Part shown: piece after piece, positions 10,704 through 19,727 of the stretch
Numbering within the stretch: position 1 is the first letter of the stretch
How the letters are laid out: each line of letters starts with the position of its first letter
Origin: Leptospira sp.
GTDB taxonomy: Bacteria; Spirochaetota; Leptospiria; Leptospirales; Leptospiraceae
Direction: 5' to 3'
DNA length: 64,000 nucleotides
Assembly (NCBI GenBank): GCA_034439575.1
Contig: JAWXAQ010000027.1
Location: 293,124 to 357,123 of the forward strand
Position numbers and translations under genes: made by a program
The notes under the pieces: generated by a model
The model's database searches: none
What the model saw: only the letters and a program-made list of their open reading frames with translations
Told to the model about the DNA's origin: nothing

Positions 10704-13700
10704 ATGCAACATTGGGGACCTATCGCCTTTGACTTTTATTCATTCGGTTCACTCGTCGGAGTTATCTTCGCCTTTTTCAATGCACAGTTTTTTTTAACAG
10801 TCAAAGATAAGTCAAAGGCCACTGTATTTTTGGGCCTTGCCACACTTTCCCTCGGGATGTTCCATTTTGCCTATTTGATCGGCTTTTCACTACTTGGACC
10901 AAATGCGGCATTTTTACGCTGGTTGGTGATGCCGTCTGCGATGCTCGGTGCCACGTTTTTAACTTCGTTTTTTTTATCCTTCCCTGAAGAATACCATCTT
11001 CGCACAAGAAAGATCATCTTGCGCGTGTTAATTTTTATCGTTGGATTAACAACCGTATATTTCATTACAGTAAGTATCAATTCCGGACGAGTGTATTATT
11101 TTTCAGGTCACTACTGGGATTTTCCAGTTCCAAAGTTTTATAAATTCTACGGCCTTGCTGTATTTTTATTTTTTGTCATCTTTATTGTCGTTGGTATCAT
11201 TCAATTAATCAAAATGCCAAAGGAAACTCGCATTCCTGCTGGCGGGATTTTATTTTCTTTTGCTCTTTTAACAATTATACCCGGAATATTAAATATTCAA
11301 TCCAGAGATGGAGCGTTTGAAAGAGGTTTGTATCAAACCATCACAGATTTATTGTTAGTTGTCGGTCTCTTTATTTCGACAGTCTTTTTTATTAATAGTA
11401 CAAAAGACAAAACAATGATTTTATCTCGGATCATTGGCATCTCTCTTGCTACTTTTTTACTAGTCATTCAATTGATAGCATACTCATCTATCCACCAAAC
11501 GGAAAGTTCATACGATCGTATCTATTACCAAGAAGCGAGAAGTGCGGTTATTTCTAAGGATGTAGACAATGGAGTTTCTTTTTTCTTTACCTATCAATTG
11601 GATGAAAGATCAGGCAAATCGATAAAGGATCCCGAAGGGAAAACTTTTGAGCCGATTGATTACTCAGAAGAATTTTGGAATGTATGGTTATTAAATTCCA
11701 TAAGAAATATTTCCGACACGCAAAATATTTCTGAGGCACTTGACGCTATATTTCTAAACCTACCAGAAGAACAAGCAGGTTATGTTTCTGAGATTCAAAA
11801 TGCTGTTAACAATTTAAATATCAAAAAACCGAGCGAACTCGTAAGTTATCTCGAATCACTGAAACGAAAGATTTTATATACACGAAATAAATGGAGAGAA
11901 CTAAACCCTGAAGAATCAAGAGAAAAAGGGCGCGCCTTATTCGGGTTAAAAGAAGGAAAACTCAAAGGATTTCACGAAAGAGCGATTGTTTTACTTGATT
12001 CCTCACTATCAGATAAAGAGGTATATGATAAAATTGATAAAATGCTTGCCCCATTACCTTTGGTAGGTGAAAGAAATTATCGAGGTGTCACAAAATTTTC
12101 AGAAAACACCCCTTCACCGAAATTTTTTATTAGCTATTTTGTGATCAATGAAAAGACGAGAACAGTCCATGAAATTGGATTTCCGTATGAAAATTATAGA
12201 ACTTACCAACATGAAGTGAGTGTTCCTTGGATGTATGGTGGCCTAGCCATAGCAATCTTGGTCATTTTTGGATTTAGATTTTTCTTTAGCGGAGCTCTCA
12301 TTCGACCTATTGAAGAAATTATCGAGGGTTTAACGGAAGTCAATTCTGGGAATTTGGACTATAGACTTGCAATTCATGTGGAAGATGATATCGGTTTTAT
12401 GGCAAGGTCTTTCAATCGCATGGTGCGTTCGATCCAAGCGGCACGTAAACGTTTGCAACAATACGCTGACCAATTGGAGCAAAAAGTACAAGAACGGACC
12501 AAGGAATTAGAAAATACACTCCAAGAAGTCCAAGCCTTAAAGGACCAACAAGATGGGGATTATTTTCTCACCTCACTCTTGTTACAACCATTTTCAACAA
12601 ATCACGCAACGCATGATAATGTACAAATAGACTTTTTATTAGAACAAAAGAAAAAATTTACCTTCAGGCAACATTCAAAAGAAATTGGTGGGGATCTAAA
12701 CATTGCCAATCAAATTGTATTGAATGATAAAACGTATACAGTGTTTCTAAACGCTGATGCAATGGGAAAATCTATGCAAGGTGCTGGGGGTGCTTTAGTA
12801 CTCGGCTCCGTTTTTGAGTCCATTATCACTCGGACTCAACTTTCCCCTGAGGCCAAACGAACCTATCCTGAACGTTGGATTAAAAATACCTTTATAGAAT
12901 TACACAAAGTTTTTGAAGGCTTTGATGGAAGTATGCTCGTATCCTTAGTGTTAGGTCTCGTCGATAACCAAACAGGACTATTGTATTTTATCAATGCAGA
13001 ACATCCTTGGATCGTACTCTACCGAGATGGCATTGCTAGTTTTATGGAAGATGAACTGATGTTTCGTAAACTAGGTACTTCTGGCGTGGACGGCGAAATA
13101 TTTATACGCACTTTTCAATTGGAACCAGGCGATGTTGTGATCGCAGGATCTGATGGACGCGATGACTTATTAATTTCACTTACCGACGAAGGAAAAAGAA
13201 TCATCAATGAAGATGAAAGATTATTTTTAAAGGTCGTTGAACGGGGAAGAGGTGACCTTGAAAAAATTTATGAAGAACTGCATACCATTGGTAGCCTAAC
13301 AGATGATTTGTCCTTACTGCGCGTAGCCTTTGTCGAAGAAAAAGAAAAAGTTCGTATTGAAAAAGAAAAACTCAAAGACATTCAGGATTTATTAACCAAA
13401 GCCAAGGAAGCCACTGTGTCTTCTGATTTACAAGAAGCCATTTCTTATTTGGAAGAGGCAAATTCTCTAGAAAAAAACATCCCAGAAATCAAAAAGAAAT
13501 TTATCCAATTGTATTTAAAGATCAAAGATTATGGAAAAGCAAAGTCCATGGCCAAAGATTATTCCGCTATGAAACCTATGGATACGGAAATTATGTATGT
13601 GACAGCATTTTGTGCAAGGAAAGTAGCCGATTTAAAAACGGCGATTGATTTTGGAGAAAGGGTAAGGCTACGCGATCCTCATCATGTCAAAAATTTGTTA

Positions 13701-13841
13701 AATCTTGGCCAAACTTACTTAGCTGAAAAAAACTATGTGAGAGCGGAAATTATTTTAAGTTCTGCACTTATGATTGATCCTCAGAATTCCAGTTTGTTAA
13801 GATTATTAGAGCACATCCGAAAAAAACAATCTGGTAAATAG
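10704..13841 (+). CDS. Multi-TM sensor, HAMP, PP2C (SpoIIE/RsbU-type) phosphatase with C-terminal TPR repeats
   Basis: 1045 aa. It has about 8 N-terminal hydrophobic helices, a ~240-aa soluble insert, a further TM, then HAMP (IRPIEEIIEGLTEVNSGNLDYRL...FNRMV) and a coiled coil. The PP2C core follows (GGDLNIA...FLNADAMGKSMQGAGGA...GSDGRDD...TDDLSLL), then a TPR-like tail. Confidence 0.8.
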   Translation: MQHWGPIAFDFYSFGSLVGVIFAFFNAQFFLTVKDKSKATVFLGLATLSLGMFHFAYLIGFSLLGPNAAFLRWLVMPSAMLGATFLTSFFLSFPEEYHLRTRKIILRVLIFIVGLTTVYFITVSINSGRVYYFSGHYWDFPVPKFYKFYGLAVFLFFVIFIVVGIIQLIKMPKETRIPAGGILFSFALLTIIPGILNIQSRDGAFERGLYQTITDLLLVVGLFISTVFFINSTKDKTMILSRIIGISLATFLLVIQLIAYSSIHQTESSYDRIYYQEARSAVISKDVDNGVSFFFTYQLDERSGKSIKDPEGKTFEPIDYSEEFWNVWLLNSIRNISDTQNISEALDAIFLNLPEEQAGYVSEIQNAVNNLNIKKPSELVSYLESLKRKILYTRNKWRELNPEESREKGRALFGLKEGKLKGFHERAIVLLDSSLSDKEVYDKIDKMLAPLPLVGERNYRGVTKFSENTPSPKFFISYFVINEKTRTVHEIGFPYENYRTYQHEVSVPWMYGGLAIAILVIFGFRFFFSGALIRPIEEIIEGLTEVNSGNLDYRLAIHVEDDIGFMARSFNRMVRSIQAARKRLQQYADQLEQKVQERTKELENTLQEVQALKDQQDGDYFLTSLLLQPFSTNHATHDNVQIDFLLEQKKKFTFRQHSKEIGGDLNIANQIVLNDKTYTVFLNADAMGKSMQGAGGALVLGSVFESIITRTQLSPEAKRTYPERWIKNTFIELHKVFEGFDGSMLVSLVLGLVDNQTGLLYFINAEHPWIVLYRDGIASFMEDELMFRKLGTSGVDGEIFIRTFQLEPGDVVIAGSDGRDDLLISLTDEGKRIINEDERLFLKVVERGRGDLEKIYEELHTIGSLTDDLSLLRVAFVEEKEKVRIEKEKLKDIQDLLTKAKEATVSSDLQEAISYLEEANSLEKNIPEIKKKFIQLYLKIKDYGKAKSMAKDYSAMKPMDTEIMYVTAFCARKVADLKTAIDFGERVRLRDPHHVKNLLNLGQTYLAEKNYVRAEIILSSALMIDPQNSSLLRLLEHIRKKQSGK

Positions 13842-13876
13842 TTAACGGACTTAGGCGAATTAGAGTCTAAATAGCA

Positions 13877-15046
13877 GTGACCAAATCCCAATACAAACTG
13901 AGTCTTCATAAAAGTTTTTTTGATTTTAAACCAGAGGAATGGAATCCACTTGTACCGGAAGATTCTGTCTTTCAAGAATGGGAATTTTTATCCACATTGG
14001 AAAAAACATCTTGTTTGGGTCTTACTGGTGATTGGGAAATTCAAATCTTTGCTGTTAAAGAAAATGAAAACCTAAGTGGTCTTTTTCCTTTTTACAAACG
14101 ACTGGATTCCTATGGAGAATATATTTTTGATTTCCAATGGGCGAATGCATTTCATAAGGCTGGCATTCCATACTATCCAAAATTTACAGCAAGTGTTCCA
14201 TTTACGCCAGTGACTGGTGCTCGGATACTTTTACAGCCGAATTTGAGTGATGTGGAAAAGGATTCAATAGCAAAACTTTTGTTAGAATCCTATATTGAAC
14301 TTGGAAGGGAAGAAGGAGTTTCTTCCTCCCATATTTTATTTTGTAAAGATGATGAGCTAAATTGGGGTAAGGCAGTGGGGATGGTGCCTCGCTTAACACA
14401 TCAATACCATTGGATCAATAAGGGATATGAAAGTTTTGAAGACTATCTTAATTCGTTAGTAAAGGATCGAAGGAAAACGATTCGACAGGAAAGAAAAAAA
14501 ATCAATGCCCTAGGCTTGAAAATTGAAACACTTGTCGGTGGTGCTGTGAAGGAAGAACATGCGGATATTTTTTACAATTTTTATATGGATACCCATTCTC
14601 GCAAATGGGGACAGGCCTATTTAAATCGAAATTTTTTTCTCCTAATATTCAAAACCATGGCGCACCGCATCCATCTTGTTCTTGCCTCAGATAATAGCGG
14701 AAAACCAATTGGTGGTAGTTTTAATTTTTTCCGAGGAGATTATCTTTTTGGCCGATATTGGGGGGCCTTGGAGCACATTCCCAATCTACATTTTGAGTGT
14801 TGTTATTACCGATTGATTGATTTTGCGATTGAACATAAAATGAAACGGGTAGAAGCTGGGGCGCAAGGCGAACATAAATTTTTAAGAGGGTATGAGGCAG
14901 TTCCTATGCATAGCCTGCATTATATATATAATGAGTCTGGAAGTGTAGCGATTTATAATTATTTGGAACGAGAAATCAAATTAGAAGAAGAGAATATTTC
15001 AAGTTACAATGCTCACTCACCGTTAAAGGCATTACGAAAAGTATAA
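13877..15046 (+). CDS. FemAB-like / GNAT-fold predicted N-acyltransferase (COG3146, DUF482-type)
   Basis: 389 aa with a GTG start. The motif SYGEYIFDFQWANAFHKAGIPYYPKFTASVPFTPVTGARIL matches my memory of the COG3146 family signature. It ends 5 nt before clpS. Confidence 0.7.
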   Translation: MTKSQYKLSLHKSFFDFKPEEWNPLVPEDSVFQEWEFLSTLEKTSCLGLTGDWEIQIFAVKENENLSGLFPFYKRLDSYGEYIFDFQWANAFHKAGIPYYPKFTASVPFTPVTGARILLQPNLSDVEKDSIAKLLLESYIELGREEGVSSSHILFCKDDELNWGKAVGMVPRLTHQYHWINKGYESFEDYLNSLVKDRRKTIRQERKKINALGLKIETLVGGAVKEEHADIFYNFYMDTHSRKWGQAYLNRNFFLLIFKTMAHRIHLVLASDNSGKPIGGSFNFFRGDYLFGRYWGALEHIPNLHFECCYYRLIDFAIEHKMKRVEAGAQGEHKFLRGYEAVPMHSLHYIYNESGSVAIYNYLEREIKLEEENISSYNAHSPLKALRKV

Positions 15047-15051
15047 TAAAT

Positions 15052-15393
15052 ATGGCAAATTCCAATAAAAAATCTGGCACCCAAGACGATGTTCAAGTTT
15101 TGGAAAAACAAAAAGTTAAACTTAAAAAACCAAGCAGATATAAGGTGATATTGATTAATGATGATTATACTCCACAAGAATTTGTGGTTTGGGTTCTCGC
15201 AAATGTATTTAGAAGAAGTATAGAAGAATCTAGAAAGATTATGTGGACGGCTCATACGACTGGAACAGCCGTTTGTGGGGTTTATCCTTTGGACATTGCA
15301 CAAACCAAGGTGCAAGAAGTTCATATGTATGCAGATGAGGCGGGACATCCTCTGCAATGTCAATTGGCAAAAGAAGAGGATGATGAATCATGA
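15052..15393 (+). CDS. clpS: ATP-dependent Clp protease adaptor ClpS
   Basis: 113 aa with YKVILINDDYTPQEFVVWVL...ESRKIMWTAHTTGTAVCG, a canonical ClpS core. Confidence 0.9.
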   Translation: MANSNKKSGTQDDVQVLEKQKVKLKKPSRYKVILINDDYTPQEFVVWVLANVFRRSIEESRKIMWTAHTTGTAVCGVYPLDIAQTKVQEVHMYADEAGHPLQCQLAKEEDDES

Positions 15394-17654
15394 AACTATC
15401 AGAAGATTTAGAACAATCATTAGAAACAGCTAAAAAAGAGGCAGAAAAACACCATCATGAGTTTGTTACTCTAGAACATTTGTTATATGGCTTAAGTTTT
15501 AATTTAAAGGTTAGGGAAGTTTTATTGAATGTAGGTTGCGATATAGAAATGTTACGCACCGATTTACTTTCCTACTTTGAAGATGAACTATCAACTATCG
15601 CTGTGCCGGGTATCAAAATACAACCTCGTTACACTGTCGGTGTGCAATATGTGATTCAATTTGCTGCTTTCCATGTAGAGAACAATGGAAAAGCCGAAAT
15701 CGAAGGAACAAATATCCTTGTCGCAATTTTTCGGGAAGAAGAAAGCCATGCCTGTTATTTGCTCGCCAAACAAAACATAACTAGAGTCGATGTCCTTCGT
15801 TATATATCGCATGGAACGAAAAAAAAGAATGATACAGAGCCACAATTTCTAAATGAAGACGAGGAAGTGAGTGCAGAAGAAACGGGTAAGTCAGCATTAG
15901 AAAAATTTTGTATCAATCTCACAGAACGTGCACGACTCGGAAAACTCGATCCTTGTATAGGCCGAGAATTAGAAATTCAGAGAACCATTCATATTTTGAG
16001 TCGTAGGCGAAAAAACAATCCTATCTTTGTCGGCGAAGCAGGTGTGGGAAAAACAAGTATCGTCGAAGGGCTTGCCCAAAGAATCATAGATAAAAAAGTG
16101 CCGAAGTCATTACTCAATTTTGAAATTTATTCTTTGGATATGGGACTTGTCATGGCTGGCACAAAGTTTCGCGGGGAATTTGAAGAAAGACTGAAAGCCA
16201 TATTATCTGAAGTTGTGGGTTTTGAAAACAAAGTGGTTTTTATCGATGAGATTCACACCATCGTTGGGGCCGGGGCTGTCTCTGGTGGAAGTTTGGATGC
16301 CTCAAACTTAATGAAACCAGCACTTGCCAATGGTGAATTGAAATGCATTGGAACCACAACTTATAAAGAGTACAAAGCTATCTTTGAAAAAGACCATGCT
16401 TTGGCTAGGCGTTTCCAAAAAATAGAAGTCGGTGAACCCACATTAGATGATGCACTAAAGATTTTAAATGGCTTAAAAGAACGTTATGAAAATTTTCATG
16501 GTGTTAAATATAGCCCAAAAGCTTTGAAGGCCGCCGTTGATTTATCTGACAAATACTTAAAAGATAGACACCTTCCCGATAAAGCCATTGATTTAATGGA
16601 CGAAGCGGGCGCCTTTGTCAAGTTACGCGACGAAGAAAAAGAAGAAGGTAAAAAGATTGTCAGTACTTCGGAAATCGAATCTTTAATTTCGAAAATTGCA
16701 AAAATACCAGCAAAAACTGTAAAATCTGATGATAAAAAGAAACTTCTGGGCTTAACCGAACAAATGACATCAGTCGTTTTTGGACAAAACAATGCCATTG
16801 AACAGGTGGTAGATGCCATACATTATTCCCGTTCGGGACTTGGCGAAGAAGGTAGACCCATCGGGAGTTTTCTTTTTGTGGGCCCGACAGGTGTCGGTAA
16901 AACAGAAGTGGCAAAAACTCTCGCAGAAAAAATGGGGATAGATTTCCTAAGATTTGATATGAGTGAGTATATGGAGAAACATTCGGTTTCTCGTTTGATT
17001 GGTTCTCCTCCAGGATATGTCGGTTTTGACCAAGGCGGCCAACTAACTGATGCAATATCCAAAACACCGCATTGTGTTTTGTTATTGGATGAAATCGAAA
17101 AAGCACATGAAGATATTTATAACATTTTATTGCAAGTGATGGATCATGCGACCTTAACCGATAGCACCGGTAAAAAAGCTGATTTTCGGCAAGTGATTCT
17201 CATTATGACGACAAATAGTGGCGCCACTGAACGCTCCAAAGCCATGCTTGGATTTGAACCAAGTGATTATGATGATAGAAGTATGAAGGCGATTGAACGA
17301 ACCTTTACACCAGAATTTCGCAATCGTTTGACCGCAGTAATAGAGTTTAATTCCCTTGCCTTGGATATCGTGGAACGCATCGTCGATCGAATGTTTGGTG
17401 AACTGTCACAAAAAGCAAAGGCCAAAGGTGTTCAAATTGAACTATCAAATGAGGCAAGAAGGTATCTTGCTGAAAATGGTTACAATAAAGAAATGGGTGC
17501 AAGACCGATCCAGAGAATCATCGATACCGAAATTGGAAAACCTTTATCCAAAATATTACTTTTTCAAGACGGTGCTAAAACAGATTTAATCGTTACTATA
17601 ATTCCAGATAAAGAGAAAGAGGGAAAATCAAAAATTTCTCTCGTTAAAAAATAG
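15390..17654 (+). CDS. clpA: ATP-dependent Clp protease ATP-binding subunit ClpA
   Basis: 754 aa with a Clp N-domain and two AAA+ modules ([18 protein letters not shown], sensor GARP). Its ATG overlaps the clpS stop (ATGA). Confidence 0.92.
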   Translation: MKLSEDLEQSLETAKKEAEKHHHEFVTLEHLLYGLSFNLKVREVLLNVGCDIEMLRTDLLSYFEDELSTIAVPGIKIQPRYTVGVQYVIQFAAFHVENNGKAEIEGTNILVAIFREEESHACYLLAKQNITRVDVLRYISHGTKKKNDTEPQFLNEDEEVSAEETGKSALEKFCINLTERARLGKLDPCIGRELEIQRTIHILSRRRKNNPIFVGEAGVGKTSIVEGLAQRIIDKKVPKSLLNFEIYSLDMGLVMAGTKFRGEFEERLKAILSEVVGFENKVVFIDEIHTIVGAGAVSGGSLDASNLMKPALANGELKCIGTTTYKEYKAIFEKDHALARRFQKIEVGEPTLDDALKILNGLKERYENFHGVKYSPKALKAAVDLSDKYLKDRHLPDKAIDLMDEAGAFVKLRDEEKEEGKKIVSTSEIESLISKIAKIPAKTVKSDDKKKLLGLTEQMTSVVFGQNNAIEQVVDAIHYSRSGLGEEGRPIGSFLFVGPTGVGKTEVAKTLAEKMGIDFLRFDMSEYMEKHSVSRLIGSPPGYVGFDQGGQLTDAISKTPHCVLLLDEIEKAHEDIYNILLQVMDHATLTDSTGKKADFRQVILIMTTNSGATERSKAMLGFEPSDYDDRSMKAIERTFTPEFRNRLTAVIEFNSLALDIVERIVDRMFGELSQKAKAKGVQIELSNEARRYLAENGYNKEMGARPIQRIIDTEIGKPLSKILLFQDGAKTDLIVTIIPDKEKEGKSKISLVKK

Positions 17655-17660
17655 AAATAT

Positions 17661-18200
17661 TTACACTTCTTTTTTTTCAATTTGAAATTTGGTATCTTCT
17701 TCCTGGAAAGTAAGATAACCCAGTATGATGTTTGTTAGGCTAATGAGTGCAAATAAATAAAATACTGGGCGGTATGAGATTTCTTTCACATCAATAAAAT
17801 CAAAAAAATATCGATTTGGCTCTAAATAACCCCATAACAAAAGAATAAGAAGCAACAATTGGCTGGAAAAAAACCAAATACGATTCCAATTATTTTGCCA
17901 AAATCCGAGAAAAAAGAAATTTAATAATGAGATCGAAATAAAGAAAAAATTCCATTTAGGAGATATGGTTACGCTTTCTGGTGTATCATAAAATTTTACA
18001 TCATACTCAAACCAAGAAAATCCACTGAGTAAAAATTGTAAAAAGAGAAGGATAAAAAATGCTTTATCGAAACCAAATTTTTTCTGCCAAAAGGCATAGA
18101 TAAATATGGATCCTGACTTCATCAAATGAACCCAACCGAGTAAAACGATTGATATAGTTTGTAAAGTAAAGGTCAAATAATTATAAATATCTACAAGCAT
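17661..18200 (-). CDS. Hypothetical integral membrane protein
   Basis: 179 aa with about 5 hydrophobic helices and no recognised motif. Its start overlaps the stop of the upstream RidA gene by 1 nt. Confidence 0.5.
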   Translation of the reverse strand: MLVDIYNYLTFTLQTISIVLLGWVHLMKSGSIFIYAFWQKKFGFDKAFFILLFLQFLLSGFSWFEYDVKFYDTPESVTISPKWNFFFISISLLNFFFLGFWQNNWNRIWFFSSQLLLLILLLWGYLEPNRYFFDFIDVKEISYRPVFYLFALISLTNIILGYLTFQEEDTKFQIEKKEV

Positions 18201-18673
18201 TAGTCTTTAACTTCAACAACTAATTCGAGTTCAACGATAGCATCTAAAGGAAGGGATGATACTCCTATAGCAAATCTCGCATGTTTTCCCTTTTCCCCAA
18301 AAATCTGAATTAACAATTCAGATGCACCATTTGCCACTAAATGTTGTTCGGTGAAGGATGGATGTGATGCTACATAGACTCCCATCTTTACAATTTTCTG
18401 AATTTTATCCAAACTATCTGTGTGAAGTAATATGGCGGCAAGGGCATTCAAACAAGCAAGTCTCGCCTGGCTTTGTGCCAAGTCCAAAGTGGCAGATTCA
18501 CCCACTTTGCCTTTAATTTCCAGTTTTCCTTCTTTTAAGGGCAATTGGCCGGAAGTATAAATCAAATTTCCACTCCGAGAAGCGGGTAGATAGAGAGCGA
18601 CCGCTTGGGGTGTTGGGGGTAGAACGATGCCAAGGGAACGTAAATTTTCTGCCGAATTCATTAAATTCATCAT
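18200..18673 (-). CDS. RidA/YjgF/UK114 family protein
   Basis: The track ORF extends to 18889, but the homologous part begins at MMNLMNSAENLRSLGIVLP (ATG at 18673). The RidA core is NLIYTSGQLPL...MGVYV...ARFAIGVSSLPLDAIVELELV. The longer form would run through the hsp20 operator region. Confidence 0.8.
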   Translation of the reverse strand: MMNLMNSAENLRSLGIVLPPTPQAVALYLPASRSGNLIYTSGQLPLKEGKLEIKGKVGESATLDLAQSQARLACLNALAAILLHTDSLDKIQKIVKMGVYVASHPSFTEQHLVANGASELLIQIFGEKGKHARFAIGVSSLPLDAIVELELVVEVKD

Positions 18674-18738
18674 TTTTTTTAGTGAATGATTCGGAAATTC
18701 TATTTTTTTTATCGATTCATCTATTTTTTTCTTGCAAA

Positions 18739-18765
18739 TTAGCAGTCCAACATGCAGAGTGCTGA
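18739..18765. promoter_or_regulatory. CIRCE-like inverted repeat (candidate HrcA operator) 1
   Basis: TTAGCAGTC-N9-GAGTGCTGA against the CIRCE consensus TTAGCACTC-N9-GAGTGCTAA. This is 16 of 18 positions with the exact 9-nt spacer, about 45 nt upstream of the hsp20 ATG. Confidence 0.6.
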
Positions 18766-18770
18766 TTGAA

Positions 18771-18797
18771 TTGGCACTACTGAGAGATGAGTGCTTA
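18771..18797. promoter_or_regulatory. CIRCE-like inverted repeat 2
   Basis: TTGGCACTA-N9-GAGTGCTTA, 15 of 18 positions with the exact 9-nt spacer. Its last base is the first base of the AAGGAG Shine-Dalgarno (18797-18802). Confidence 0.45.
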
Positions 18798-18809
18798 AGG
18801 AGAACAGAG

Positions 18810-19253
18810 ATGTTATTTCGAATTCTAGACAACCCAAGTAGACAAAATCCTTTCTGGAGAGACTTTGATCGTTTCAATGATGAGATCACTAAATCGATTT
18901 TAGATTCTCAATTTGGGAACGTAAGAAGTTTTCCACCAATCAATGTTTTCACAAGAGAAGATGAAGCTCTTGTTTCTGCTCTCGTTCCAGGCATGGATAT
19001 AGAGAATATTGATATTTCCGTTAAAGATAATATTCTCACAATTCATGGGAAAAAGAACGCAGAAGAATTAGCTGAAGGAACTGAGATTCACAGACGCGAA
19101 ATTTATTCTGGAAATTTTACTCGTTCCGTTGAACTCCCGTTTCGTGTGAACCAGGAAAAAGTCACAGCAAAATACACCAATGGTGTTTTAAATATCCTGC
19201 TTCCAAGAAGAGAAGAGGATAAACCTAAAAAAATTAATATTAACTTTGGTTAA
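18810..19253 (+). CDS. Hsp20/alpha-crystallin small heat-shock protein
   Basis: The track ORF starts at 18732. The ATG at 18810 is preceded by AAGGAG and gives MLFRILDNPSRQNPFWRDFDRFNDE. The alpha-crystallin core is PPINVFTREDEALVSALVPGMDIENIDISVKDNILTIHGKK...RSVELPF...NGVLNILLP. Confidence 0.85.
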   Translation: MLFRILDNPSRQNPFWRDFDRFNDEITKSILDSQFGNVRSFPPINVFTREDEALVSALVPGMDIENIDISVKDNILTIHGKKNAEELAEGTEIHRREIYSGNFTRSVELPFRVNQEKVTAKYTNGVLNILLPRREEDKPKKININFG

Positions 19254-19265
19254 GAGGAGAAGACT

Positions 19266-19661
19266 ATGAATACACTTGCTACAAAACAAAATGAAACAGT
19301 TGAAGGATCCGTTCCGACACAAACAAAAAAGGAAGAAAGGATCTATTCACCAAATGTAAATATATTTGAATCAAAAGATAACGTGACGCTTTTTGTAGAG
19401 TTACCAGGCCTTGATCAATCCTCGGTAGAGGTCAGCATAGAAAAAGATACACTTTCTATCGAAGGAAGTTATCACTTTGATGAGTCAAATTATGGTAAGG
19501 CCGCATTGCAAGAATTTAGAGGGGGAAAATACTCTCGAAAATTCACATTGGGTAAGTTAGTGGATGTTGAGAATGCTCAGGCCAAAATGAAAAATGGAAT
19601 CCTTGAGTTGACTTTGCAAAAACTAGAGCCCAAAAAAACTAAGATTGAAATTCAGTCTTAA
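19266..19661 (+). CDS. Hsp20/alpha-crystallin small heat-shock protein (second copy)
   Basis: 131 aa with PNVNIFESKDNVTLFVELPGLDQSSVEVSIEKDTLSIEG...RKFTLG...NGILELTLQK. It starts 12 nt after the first hsp20. Confidence 0.85.
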   Translation: MNTLATKQNETVEGSVPTQTKKEERIYSPNVNIFESKDNVTLFVELPGLDQSSVEVSIEKDTLSIEGSYHFDESNYGKAALQEFRGGKYSRKFTLGKLVDVENAQAKMKNGILELTLQKLEPKKTKIEIQS

Positions 19662-19681
19662 GTTTAAATCAAAAGACAATC

Positions 19682-19727
19682 GTACATTCGATGTACTTGC
19701 CCGAGTCAAATTGCTCGGGTTTTTTTT
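19682..19727. terminator. Bidirectional intrinsic terminator region between hsp20 and hisC
   Basis: Hairpin GTACAT-TCG-ATGTAC (19682-19696). Then CCCGAG-N8-CTCGGG (19700-19719) followed by a T8 run (19720-19727) that overlaps the hisC stop codon. Confidence 0.65.

Noticed and set aside
18674-18889. 72-codon N-terminal extension of the RidA ORF in the track.
   Set aside because: The extension has no RidA homology and would run across the CIRCE-like repeats and the start of the divergent hsp20 gene. MMNLMNS at 18673 gives a normal-length RidA.
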